DNA from: Solimonas sp.
Lineage (GTDB): Bacteria; Pseudomonadota; Gammaproteobacteria; Nevskiales; Nevskiaceae
Assembly (NCBI GenBank): GCA_035476855.1
Contig: DATILC010000168.1
Coordinates: 4,644 to 68,643, forward strand
DNA: 64,000 nt
Direction: 5' to 3'
This document shows positions 1-11,809 of this stretch, piece after piece; the first letter of the stretch is position 1; each line of letters starts with the position of its first letter. Made by a program: the position numbers and the translations under genes. Under the pieces are notes generated by a model that searched no databases, was not told the origin of the DNA, and worked only from the letters and a program-made list of their open reading frames with translations.

Positions 1-93
1 GCCGGCTTCGCCGGCCGAAACGACGGCCGCAGCCGATCCCGAAAACACAGCGGCCGCAAACACCGCGGCACAGGTGATGACCTGCCGTTTCAT
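1..93 (-). CDS. Partial CDS (5' end only), probably a secreted protein
   Basis: ATG at 93 preceded by GGGAGGAGAG; reads MKRQVITCAAVFAAAVFSGSAAAVVSAGEAG (signal-peptide-like) and runs off the window edge. Confidence 0.6.
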   Translation of the reverse strand, partial: MKRQVITCAAVFAAAVFSGSAAAVVSAGEAG

Positions 94-396
94 GGGCTCT
101 CCTCCCAGATGATGTTAAAAACGTTACAGCGCCTAATGTTACACACGCCGCGGGACGGTGGACTGTCCGCAGTGACGTTCAGTGCTGTCAGAAACGTCAG
201 GACGGGCCAGTGCCGGATCCCGGCGGGTCTGCCATTTTTCTTTATCGGCTATTGCTTGCGTCCTCCCCTGGGGCAGGACCGGTCGCCCGATATTACTCCT
301 GCGGGAGCGCATGGGAAGAGTCGGAAAGGGACGAGCGTAGTGGCAGTTTGTGCCGGTGTCGCTGGGGGAAATGCTGGGGACAGCCAGAGAGGAACA

Positions 397-516
397 GCGG
401 TGACGCCATCCATGGCGGGACTTCTGCTCGCCCATCTACCCCCGGCCCGCGTTGGGCTTACCTCGGAGCGACATCGAGTCGCTCCTCGCCAGGGCCCAAC
501 GCTCCATGGCCGGGCG
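397..516. repeat. 120-bp structured repeat, copy A
   Basis: Ungapped 91/120 match to 53271-53390; nested stems 441-447/508-514, 449-457/494-502, 465-472/478-485; CCATGGC at 410 and 504. Confidence 0.85.
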
Positions 517-557
517 CGAGCCCCCGCAGGCAATGCCGTTTAGGCGTTGCGGCTGCA

Positions 558-614
558 GTGACGCCATCCATGGCCGGGCGCGTCCAGCCGCAAGCAATGC
601 CATTTAGGCATTGC

Positions 615-634
<20 letters not shown>
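558..634. repeat. Core-deleted tandem copy of the structured repeat plus a bulged hairpin overlapping the recQ 3' end
   Basis: 558-582 equals 400-416 joined to 511-518; stems 580-591/621-632 (12 bp) and 592-601/607-616 (10 bp). Confidence 0.8.
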
Positions 635-2474
<1,840 letters not shown>

Positions 2475-2545
2475 GGCGCAGGATGCTAGGCAAGCCGTGG
2501 GGACGCTTCAACGTGATGGGGTCATCACGTCGGGCCAAAAACTAT

Positions 2546-2634
2546 TTGCCACGGACTGACACGGATACACACGGAAAACGCTCAAAGCCGCGAGGTTTTT
2601 CAATCCGTGTTATCCGTGTAAATCCGTGGCTAAA
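2546..2634. repeat. Intergenic palindrome with three ACGGA/TCCGT units per arm
   Basis: TTTGCCACGGACTGACACGGATACACACGGA (2546-2575) is an imperfect inverted match to TCCGTGTTATCCGTGTAAATCCGTGGCTAAA (2604-2634). Confidence 0.75.
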
Positions 2635-2646
2635 AAGCTGTTGTCT

Positions 2647-4152
<1,506 letters not shown>

Positions 4153-4155
4153 GGC

Positions 4156-5251
4156 TCAGAGCCCCTGCTTGAGGCTGGCTTCAATAAAGGGATCGAGGTT
4201 GCCGTCGAGGACCTTCTGCGTGTCGGCGATTTCCACGCCGGTGCGCAGGTCCTTGATGCGCGACTGGTCGAGCACGTAGGAGCGGATCTGGCTGCCCCAC
4301 TCGATGTCGCTCTTGGAGTCCTCGACCTTCTGCTTCTCGGTGTTGCGCTTCTGCAGCTCGGCGTCGTACAGCTTGGCCGCCAGCATCTTCATCGCACGGT
4401 CGCGGTTGGCATGCTGCGAGCGCTGGGTCTGGCAGGCCACGACGATCCCGGAGGGAACGTGCTTGATGCGGATCGCCGACTCGGTCTTGTTGACGTGCTG
4501 GCCGCCGGCGCCGGAGGAGCGGAAGGTCGCCACTTCCAGGTCGGCCGGGTTGATGTCGATCTTGATGTTGTCGTCGACTTCCGGCGAGACGAACACGCCG
4601 GCGAACGAGGTATGGCGGCGGTTGCCCGAGTCGAACGGCGACTTGCGCACCAGGCGGTGCACGCCGGTTTCGGTGCGCAGCCAGCCGTAGGCATAGGGCC
4701 CCTCGATGAACAGACTCGCCGACTTGATGCCGGCGACTTCGCCATCGGAACGCTCCAGCAACTCGACCTTGAAGCCCTTGCCCTCGGCCCAGCGGCAGTA
4801 CATGCGCAGCAGGATCTCGCCCCAGTCCTGGGCCTCGGTGCCGCCGGCACCGGCCTGCAGTTCGACGTAGGCGTTGGCGGTGTCCATCTCGCCGCTGAAC
4901 ATGCGGCGGAACTCCATGTCGTCGGCCAGCTTGCCGAGCTTGATCACGTCGCGCTCGACCTCGGCGACAGTGGCGGCATCGTTCTCCGCCTCGGCCATCT
5001 CCAGCAGGTCGCCGGCGTCGTTGAGGCCGTTGCTGGCGCGATCGATTGACTCGATCACGTCCTGCAGGGCGGCGCGCTCACGCCCCAGGCTCTGGGCGTA
5101 CTCCGGCTTGGTCCAGACCTCCCCGCCCTCGAGCTCGCCGTTGACCTCGGCCAGCCGGTCCTTCTTGTTATCGTAGTCAAAGATAGCCCCGGAGCGCGTC
5201 GAAACGCACTCGCAGGGCTGTGATCTCACTCTTGATCTGCTGGATTTCCAT
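4156..5251 (-). CDS. prfB: Peptide chain release factor 2 with programmed +1 frameshift (~364 aa)
   Basis: 24-codon first frame [24 protein letters not shown] ends CTT-TGA-C at 5182-5176; the +1 frame continues DYDNKKDRL and contains SPF and GGQ motifs. Confidence 0.96.
5176..5191 (-). promoter_or_regulatory. RF2 autoregulatory frameshift cassette
   Basis: Minus strand CGG GGC TAT CTT TGA C: internal SD-like G run, slippery CUU, in-frame UGA. Confidence 0.93.
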
Positions 5252-5455
5252 CGCTTGGCCAGAAAATGCGCAGCGCCGATGGCGCCGGAAAGGCCGCGGA
5301 TTATAGCGGGAGCGTCACCGACTCGGTTGTCGGGCGCCGTCATCGCATGCTAGAAATCGCCGCGCACGCAGCTCCGCCTATCATCCCGGCGGAAGCCGCT
5401 GTTATATTTGGCGAAGAACACGGTCCCGCCAGGGAAAAAACACAGGGGAGTAAGC

Positions 5456-6961
5456 ATGAAACGTCGGTCCGGTCTTTTTGCATTGATGCTGGCGCTGGGC
5501 ATGGCCGCGCCGGCCCAGGCCCAGGACGAAGCCGCCGCCGCAAACGCTGCGCCGGTCGAAGAAACCGCTCCCGCCGAAGCGGCGCCGGCTGAGGCAGCCC
5601 CGGCTGACGCCGCTGCCACCGAGGCCCCGGCCGAGGAAGCTGCCGCGGCAGAAGCACCGCCGGCCGAGGAAGCCGCCCCCGTCGAGGAAGCTGCACCGGT
5701 CGAAGAGGCCGCTGCCGAAGCCCCGGCTGACGATTACGCCGCCGAAGACGACGGCTCGGGCGAAGAAGAGCAGGAAGCCGACGGCGTCGCTGCACTCAAG
5801 CACCGCTCCTGGTACGTCTCTCCGGTGTTCTCCTACATCATGGCCGACGATGACCGCGGCACCGACGACGGCTTCGGTGGCGCGATCTCCCTCGGCAAGA
5901 AGGTCACCGACGGCCTGGGCCTGGAACTGATCGGCGTCTATGGCCAGATGGATGCCGAATCCGGCAGCCAGACCGCCGAGATCAAGGGCGTCGGCCTTGG
6001 CGCGATGATCTCCTTCTTCAACGCCTGGCCGAACTTCTACACCCGCATGAACCTCATGTACGGTGCGGCCTCCGACCACCCGGGTCCGATCCCCGAGTAC
6101 AAGACCACCCTGTTCGACGTGGGCCTCGGCTACCTGTTCCCGCTCAGCAAGAAGGTGCTGCTGCGCGCCGAAGCCCTGTACCGCGTCGACGCCCATGGTC
6201 GCGACCTGGCCGGCACCACGCCGGACAAGAACCAGGACTTCTATGACGGCGTGTTCAACATCGGCGTCGTGATCCCGCTGGGCCACGAGAAGATGGCCGA
6301 GCCGGAACCGCCGGCCGTGGTCGAACCGGTCTGCCCGCCGGCTCCGGAAGGCGCTGCGGTGGACGACAAGGGCTGCATGCTCGATGCCGATGGCGACGGC
6401 GTGGCCGACAACCTCGACCAGTGCCCCGAGACCCCGGCTGGTGCCCAGGTCAACGACAAGGGCTGCCCGACCGACGCCGATGGCGATGGCGTGCCGGATG
6501 ACGTCGACGAGTGCCCGCGCACCCCGGCCGGCGCCAAGGTCCTGGCCAATGGCTGCGCCCTGACCGGCGACTGCCGCACGCCGCGTCCTGGCGAGCAGGT
6601 CGACGAGAACGGCTGCGCTGCCAACAAGTTCGTGCTGAAGGGCGTGAAGTTCGAGTTCGACTCGGATCGCCTGACCGAGGAAGCCAAGACCATCCTGGTC
6701 GACGTCGCCGGCACCCTGAAGGGCTACCCGGACATCAAGGTCGAGCTGGAAGGCCACACCGACAACGTCGGCACCGACGCCTACAACCTCGGCCTGTCCG
6801 AGCGTCGCGCCAACGCGGTCAAGACCTTCCTGTCCGGCCAGGACGTGGTCGCCGACCGCATGGCCCCGGTGGGCTACGGCGAGACCCAGCCGATCGACAC
6901 CAACGACACCGAAGCCGGCCGCGAGAACAATCGCCGCGTAGAGCTGAAGGTCGTGGAATAG
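5456..6961 (+). CDS. OmpA-family outer membrane protein (acidic N-terminal linker, beta-barrel, thrombospondin-3-like repeats, OmpA C domain)
   Basis: Signal peptide after GGGGAG RBS; DxDGDGVxDxxDxCP repeats; GHTDNVG...NLGLSERRA and NRRVE peptidoglycan-binding motifs. Confidence 0.9.
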   Translation: MKRRSGLFALMLALGMAAPAQAQDEAAAANAAPVEETAPAEAAPAEAAPADAAATEAPAEEAAAAEAPPAEEAAPVEEAAPVEEAAAEAPADDYAAEDDGSGEEEQEADGVAALKHRSWYVSPVFSYIMADDDRGTDDGFGGAISLGKKVTDGLGLELIGVYGQMDAESGSQTAEIKGVGLGAMISFFNAWPNFYTRMNLMYGAASDHPGPIPEYKTTLFDVGLGYLFPLSKKVLLRAEALYRVDAHGRDLAGTTPDKNQDFYDGVFNIGVVIPLGHEKMAEPEPPAVVEPVCPPAPEGAAVDDKGCMLDADGDGVADNLDQCPETPAGAQVNDKGCPTDADGDGVPDDVDECPRTPAGAKVLANGCALTGDCRTPRPGEQVDENGCAANKFVLKGVKFEFDSDRLTEEAKTILVDVAGTLKGYPDIKVELEGHTDNVGTDAYNLGLSERRANAVKTFLSGQDVVADRMAPVGYGETQPIDTNDTEAGRENNRRVELKVVE

Positions 6962-6980
6962 TGGTTTGAAGCTTTGAACG

Positions 6981-7010
6981 AACCCCGCCTACTCGGCGGG
7001 GTTTTTTCTT
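6981..7010 (+). terminator. Rho-independent terminator
   Basis: AACCCCGCC-TACTC-GGCGGGGTT followed by a T tract. Confidence 0.85.
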
Positions 7011-7026
7011 GGGCAGGGATTCTTGC

Positions 7027-7098
7027 GTGGGAGCGGATTTAGCCGCGATACGGAGGCCCACGGATCAACCGGCCCATCGCGGCTGAAGCCGCTCCCAC
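7027..7098. repeat. REP doublet (REPIN-like, GTGG/GTAG class)
   Basis: GTGGGAGCGGATTTAGCCGCGAT ... ATCGCGGCTGAAGCCGCTCCCAC inverted pair between convergent genes. Confidence 0.85.
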
Positions 7099-7106
7099 AA
7101 GGGGAC

Positions 7107-8288
7107 TCAGACCGCCTTCCCTGCCGCGACTCCCGACGCCCAAGCCCACTGGAAGTTGAAGCCCCCCAGCCACCCGGTCACATCCACCACCTCGCCCACG
7201 AAATACAGCCCCGGCACCCGCTTCGACTCCATCGTCGCCGACGACAACTCGTTCGTATCCACCCCGCCCAGCGTCACCTCGGCCGTGCGATAGCCCTCGG
7301 TCCCGGAAGCCGTGACCGGCCAGTCGGCCAACTGCGCCGCCAGCTCCTTCAGTTCCTGCGGCCGGTATTGGCGCATCAGCTTGCTGCCCAGCCACTCCTC
7401 GCAAAGCCGCTGCGCGAAACGCTTTGGCAGCGCCTCCCCCAGCACCGTGCGGAACTCGGCGGCCGGCCGTGCCTGCTGCTGCTCCTGCAGCCAGACCAGG
7501 GCCTCGCGGTCCGGCAACAGGTCCAGGCGCAGTTCGTCGCCGGGCTGCCAGTAGTTGGAGATCTGCAGGATCGAGGGGCCGCTGAGGCCGCGGTGGGTGA
7601 CCAGCAGCTGGTTGCGGAAGGCCTGGCCGTTGGCGCGGGCCTCGACCGGCAGCGACAGGCCGCTGAGGTCCTGGTATTGCTCCTGCGGACGGCCGCTCAG
7701 CGTCAGCGGCACCAGGCCGGCCCGGGTCGGCAGGACCTTGTGGCCGAACTGCCGCGCCAGCTGGTAGCCGAAGCCGCTGGCGCCCATGCTCGGGATCGAC
7801 AGGCCGCCGGTGGCCACGACCAGCTTCGCCGCGCTGAACGTGCCGCGCGCGGTATGCACCGCGAAGCCCGCGGCTGGCTGGTCCACCCGATCCACCGCGC
7901 AGTCCGCCTCGATCCGCACCTGCGCCGCCGTGCACTCGTCCAGCAGCATGCGGACAATCAGCTTCGACGAGTCGTCGCAGAACAGCTGGCCCAGCTCCTT
8001 CTCGTGGTAGGCGATGCCGTGTCGCTCGACCAGGGCGATGAAGTCGGCCGGGGTGTAGCGCGCCAGCGCCGACTTGCAGAAATGCGGGTTGGCGGAAAGG
8101 AAGTTCTGCGGGCCGGCATGGATATTCGTGAAATTGCAGCGCCCGCCGCCGGACATCAGGATCTTCTTGCCGACCTTGTTGGCATGCTCGATCACCAGCA
8201 CGCGACGGCCGCGCTGGCCGGCGGTCAGCGCGCACATCAGGCCGGCGGCGCCGGCACCGAGGACGATCAGGTCGTAGTCCGGGCTCAT
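7107..8288 (-). CDS. NAD(P)/FAD-dependent oxidoreductase, HI0933/YhiN family
   Basis: GAGAAG FAD motif, GKKILMSGGGRCNFTN, VTLGGV, GWLGGFNFQWAWASG. Confidence 0.93.
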   Translation of the reverse strand: MSPDYDLIVLGAGAAGLMCALTAGQRGRRVLVIEHANKVGKKILMSGGGRCNFTNIHAGPQNFLSANPHFCKSALARYTPADFIALVERHGIAYHEKELGQLFCDDSSKLIVRMLLDECTAAQVRIEADCAVDRVDQPAAGFAVHTARGTFSAAKLVVATGGLSIPSMGASGFGYQLARQFGHKVLPTRAGLVPLTLSGRPQEQYQDLSGLSLPVEARANGQAFRNQLLVTHRGLSGPSILQISNYWQPGDELRLDLLPDREALVWLQEQQQARPAAEFRTVLGEALPKRFAQRLCEEWLGSKLMRQYRPQELKELAAQLADWPVTASGTEGYRTAEVTLGGVDTNELSSATMESKRVPGLYFVGEVVDVTGWLGGFNFQWAWASGVAAGKAV

Positions 8289-8350
8289 AGGGCGCGCAGT
8301 TTCAGGGCAAGCGGCGCCGGGCGCCAGTCCCCGCCGTTAAACTGCGCCCC

Positions 8351-9049
8351 ATGCGACTCAACAAGTACATCAGCGAGACCGGCGTCTGCTCGCGCCGCGC
8401 GGCCGACAGCTGGATCGAGGCCGGCCGGGTGCAGGTCAACGGCCAGGTGGCCGTGCTGGGCACCCAGGTCAACGAGGGCGACGAGGTGCTGGTCGACGGC
8501 CAGCCGGTGGGCCGGCGCCAGCAACAGCATGTCTACATCGCGCTGAACAAGCCGCCGGGCATCACCTGCACCACCGAGCAGCACATCCGCGGCAACATCG
8601 TCGACTACATCCACCACAAGGAACGCATCTTCCCGATCGGTCGCCTCGACAAGGATTCCGACGGCCTGATCCTGCTGACCAGCAACGGCGACATCGTCAA
8701 TGAGATCCTGCGCTCCGAGAACAACCACGAGAAGGAATACGTGGTCACGGTCGACCAGTGGGTCACCGACGATTTCGTCCAGGGCATGGCCGGCGGCGTA
8801 CCGATCCTCGACACCCTGACCCAGCCCTGCCGGGTCTGGCGTACCGCGCCGCGGACCTTCCACATCGTCCTGACCCAGGGCCTCAACCGCCAGATCCGCC
8901 GCATGTGCGACCACTTCAGCTACGAAGTACGGCGCCTGCAGCGCATCCGCATCATCAACGTCGAACTCGGCGAACTGCGGCCCGGCCAGTGGCGCGACCT
9001 GACTCCGGCCGAGCTGCAGCAACTGCTGCCGCAGCGCGAACACTGGTAA
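8351..9049 (+). CDS. rluF: 23S rRNA pseudouridine synthase, RluF-like
   Basis: S4 domain RLNKYISETGVCSRRAAD, GRLDKDSDGL catalytic Asp motif, EKEY, QGLNRQIRRM. Confidence 0.85.
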   Translation: MRLNKYISETGVCSRRAADSWIEAGRVQVNGQVAVLGTQVNEGDEVLVDGQPVGRRQQQHVYIALNKPPGITCTTEQHIRGNIVDYIHHKERIFPIGRLDKDSDGLILLTSNGDIVNEILRSENNHEKEYVVTVDQWVTDDFVQGMAGGVPILDTLTQPCRVWRTAPRTFHIVLTQGLNRQIRRMCDHFSYEVRRLQRIRIINVELGELRPGQWRDLTPAELQQLLPQREHW

Positions 9050-9077
9050 GCCCTTCCCTCCCGAAACCAAACGCCCC

Positions 9078-9869
9078 ATGGAAAAGAACTCCCGCACCGC
9101 CCTGGTCACCGGCGCCTCCGCCGGCATCGGCGCCTGTTTCGCCCGCCACCTCGCAGCCGAGGGCTACGCGCTGGTGCTGGTGGCACGCCGTGCCGAGCGC
9201 CTGCAGGAGCTGGCGCAGGAGCTGCGTGCGACGCATGGCGTGCGTTGCGAGGTGATCACCGCCGACCTCAACGACGCCGGCGCACCGCGCGCCATCGTCG
9301 AGGCGGTGCAGCGCCGTGGCCTGTCGGTGGATTTCCTGGTCAACAATGCCGGCCTGTCCGGCAAGGACCGCTTCGCCGATACCCCCTGGGAAGCACTGGC
9401 CGGCGAGATCCAGCTGATGGTCACCGCCGTCACCGAGTTGGCGCACCGCGTGCTGCCGGGCATGCAGGAGCGCGGCTGGGGCCGCATCCTCAACCTGTCC
9501 TCGATCGCCGCCTTCGCACCGCCCGGGGCCAGCCTGCTTTACACCGGCATCAAAAGCTATGTGCTGAACATGTCGCAGGCGCTGGACATGGAACTGAAGC
9601 CGCAGGGCATCCACGTCACCGCGCTGTGCCCCGGCTTCACCCACAGCGAGTTCCACGACGTGATGGGCACGCGCGATGTCGCCAACAAGCTGCCGCGGCT
9701 GCTGTGGCAGGAGCCCGAGGCCGTGGTGCGCGAAGGTTATGAGGCGGTGATGAAGGGCCGGCCGGTCTGCGTGCCGGGCACCGTCAACAAGCTGCTCGCC
9801 GCCGGCATGCGGCCGATTCCCGAGTCGCTGCGCTACCAGATCGGCCGGATCGCTAACCCCTTCAAGTAA
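9078..9869 (+). CDS. Short-chain dehydrogenase/reductase
   Basis: TGASAGIG, NNAG, YTGIK (YxxxK). Confidence 0.9.
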   Translation: MEKNSRTALVTGASAGIGACFARHLAAEGYALVLVARRAERLQELAQELRATHGVRCEVITADLNDAGAPRAIVEAVQRRGLSVDFLVNNAGLSGKDRFADTPWEALAGEIQLMVTAVTELAHRVLPGMQERGWGRILNLSSIAAFAPPGASLLYTGIKSYVLNMSQALDMELKPQGIHVTALCPGFTHSEFHDVMGTRDVANKLPRLLWQEPEAVVREGYEAVMKGRPVCVPGTVNKLLAAGMRPIPESLRYQIGRIANPFK

Positions 9870-9948
9870 AACGCGGCGGGCGCACCGCTGCAGCAGGCCA
9901 TCGCCCGCGCGGAAAAGGACTGATCGCCCACTCCGGGCACAGGCCGGC

Positions 9949-9999
9949 TTGCAGTCATTCATACGCAAGCGTATAAATTTCCTACGTGAACGTAGGAAA
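9949..9999 (+). promoter_or_regulatory. Sigma70-like promoter with two overlapping palindromes (candidate TetR operators)
   Basis: TTGCAG(9949)-17 nt-TATAAA(9972); ATACGC-AA-GCGTAT 9961-9974; TTTCCTACGT-GA-ACGTAGGAAA 9978-9999. Confidence 0.65.
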
Positions 10000-10621
10000 A
10001 GCCAGGAACCATCGCAGTCGAGCCGCCCATCTGGGGCCGGAACGGCGGCGCCCGCAGATTCTCGATGCCGCGCTGAAGCTGGCAGCCGGACCGGGCCTGC
10101 ACACCGTGAACATGGAGTCCGTGGCGCAGGCCATCGGGGTTACCAAGCCCTCCGTCTACGCCTGCTTCAGTTCGCGCGAGGACCTGCTGGACGCCCTGCT
10201 GGCGCGCGAGGAGCAGCGCCTGTTTGCCGGCGTGATGGCGGCGCTGCCGGCAGAGCTGGACCTGCACGATCCGCAGCGGCTGATGACCGAGGGTTTCCGA
10301 GCGCTGTTCCGCGTGGTCGAGCAGCACGCCGATTCCTGGCGGCTGGTACTGGCCGCCGAGAACGATCCCGCCGCCGGCGAACGCCACCGCGAGGCGAGGC
10401 GCCTGGTGGCCCAGCGCGCCACCCTGCTCGGCGAAGCCTGGCTGCGCAGCCGCGGCGCCCGCGACATCGAGCGCCGCCTGCCGGTGCTGGTGCAGCTGTT
10501 CATGTCCAGCTGTGAGGGCATGGTGCGCGCCCTGCTTGCCGGCAGCGTGCCCGGCTGGAGCATCGACGACCTGGGCGCCTATGTCGGCCGCCTGCTGCTG
10601 TCTTCCTTCGAGGAAGCCTGA
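9986..10621 (+). CDS. TetR/AcrR family regulator
   Basis: N-terminal HTH: ILDAAL...VAQAIGVTKPSVYACFSSREDL; start codon uncertain. Confidence 0.88.
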   Translation: MNVGKARNHRSRAAHLGPERRRPQILDAALKLAAGPGLHTVNMESVAQAIGVTKPSVYACFSSREDLLDALLAREEQRLFAGVMAALPAELDLHDPQRLMTEGFRALFRVVEQHADSWRLVLAAENDPAAGERHREARRLVAQRATLLGEAWLRSRGARDIERRLPVLVQLFMSSCEGMVRALLAGSVPGWSIDDLGAYVGRLLLSSFEEA

Positions 10622-10665
10622 GGCTTGCCTTCACATCTGTCTGCATCGCAAAGAGGAACCGAGTA

Positions 10666-11619
10666 ATGACTTCAAGCCGCCCATCGATCCGCCCCGTGCC
10701 GAAGCGTCCGCGCGAGGACTGGGGCCTGTTCGGGCCCGACTCGCCGACCTGGAAGGTCTGGAGCAGCCCGACCGCGCTGCTCGCCTTCCAGCGCTCCATC
10801 GTCGTCGAATCCTTCGATCCCTTCCTGGCCGCGGCCGTGCATGACCAGAACGGCGTGCGCTACAACGCCACGCGCCGCTTCGACCGCACCATCCAGTACT
10901 TCCTGACCGTGGCCTGCGGCGATTCGCGCGCCGCCATCGAGGCCTCGGAAATCCTGATGCGCGTGCACGCCAAGGCCACCGGCACCGAGCCGATCAGCCA
11001 GCAGCCCTACAGCGCCAACGCACCGGAATCGCAGCTGTGGATCCACATCACCGGCTGGCAGTCGAACCTGCTGTGCTACGAGCGCTACGGCGGCGGCAAG
11101 CTCAGCGAGGCCGCAGAGAAGCAGTACTGGGCCGAGTGCGCGATCGCCGCCGAGTTGCAGACCTGCAAACCCTCCGACGTGCCGCGCTCGCGCGCCGAGG
11201 TACGCGAGTACTACGCGGCGATGCGTCCGCGGCTCTGCATCTCCGACCGCTCGCGCGCGCTGATCCGCTACTTCCTGCGCTCGCAGCGCAGCGTCGCCGG
11301 CACCGGCCTCTGGCTCGGCAGCCATGTGATGTCGACCGCAACCATCGCCACCATCCCGCGCTGGATGCGCCAGCTCGGCGACTTCGACCAGCCGGCCTGG
11401 CTCGACGCCGCCATCGTCGCCCCGGCACGCATGGCAGTGAAGCTCGCCGGGCAGCCGCTGGCGGCACGCACCACGCTGAGGATGATGGCGCCTTCGGCGC
11501 TGCCGGTGATGGAACAGGTGATCCGCGGCGAAAAACCACTGCGCGATGAGATCCTGAGCCCGGCCGAGGCGCGGCAGCGCTACGGGCGTACGGACCTCGC
11601 CGCAGCGCACGCAGCGTAG
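10666..11619 (+). CDS. MpaB/DUF2236 (ER-bound oxygenase/rubber-oxygenase-like) family protein
   Basis: WGLFGPDSPTWKVW, RFDRT, VHAKATG, QLWIH and candidate heme-ligand His; family recognised by eye. Confidence 0.75.
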   Translation: MTSSRPSIRPVPKRPREDWGLFGPDSPTWKVWSSPTALLAFQRSIVVESFDPFLAAAVHDQNGVRYNATRRFDRTIQYFLTVACGDSRAAIEASEILMRVHAKATGTEPISQQPYSANAPESQLWIHITGWQSNLLCYERYGGGKLSEAAEKQYWAECAIAAELQTCKPSDVPRSRAEVREYYAAMRPRLCISDRSRALIRYFLRSQRSVAGTGLWLGSHVMSTATIATIPRWMRQLGDFDQPAWLDAAIVAPARMAVKLAGQPLAARTTLRMMAPSALPVMEQVIRGEKPLRDEILSPAEARQRYGRTDLAAAHAA

Positions 11620-11686
11620 TCATCAAGCCAACGAAAAAGGCTCTTCTCCGATTCGCGAGGACTGAATCCACGCCGTCTGAACCTTG

Positions 11687-11712
11687 CTCCCTCTCCCCGC
11701 GGGGAGAGGGAG
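11687..11712. repeat. REP-like perfect palindrome
   Basis: CTCCCTCTCCCCGCGGGGAGAGGGAG between convergent genes. Confidence 0.7.
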
Positions 11713-11760
11713 AGATTTCATAGCCGGGCAGCGGCACCCGCAAACCGGAGAAGAACCACA

Positions 11761-11790
11761 AAAAAGGGCCGGGAAATCCCGGCCCTTCTT
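11761..11790 (-). terminator. Rho-independent terminator (possibly bidirectional)
   Basis: AAAAAGGGCCGGGA-AA-TCCCGGCCCTTCTT. Confidence 0.8.
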
Positions 11791-11809
11791 GTCGTTGCTG
11801 CTTGCGGCT

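Noticed and set aside
110-152. Repeated TGTTA/CGTTA pentamers upstream of the first gene
   Set aside because: Possible regulator site but irregular spacing; no specific factor can be supported
2546-2634. Possible CRISPR mini-array
   Set aside because: Units are 5 bp with ~5-bp gaps and inverted arms; no spacers or cas genes
5252-5343. Upstream extension of prfB in the ORF track
   Set aside because: Explained by the +1 frameshift; real start is 5251
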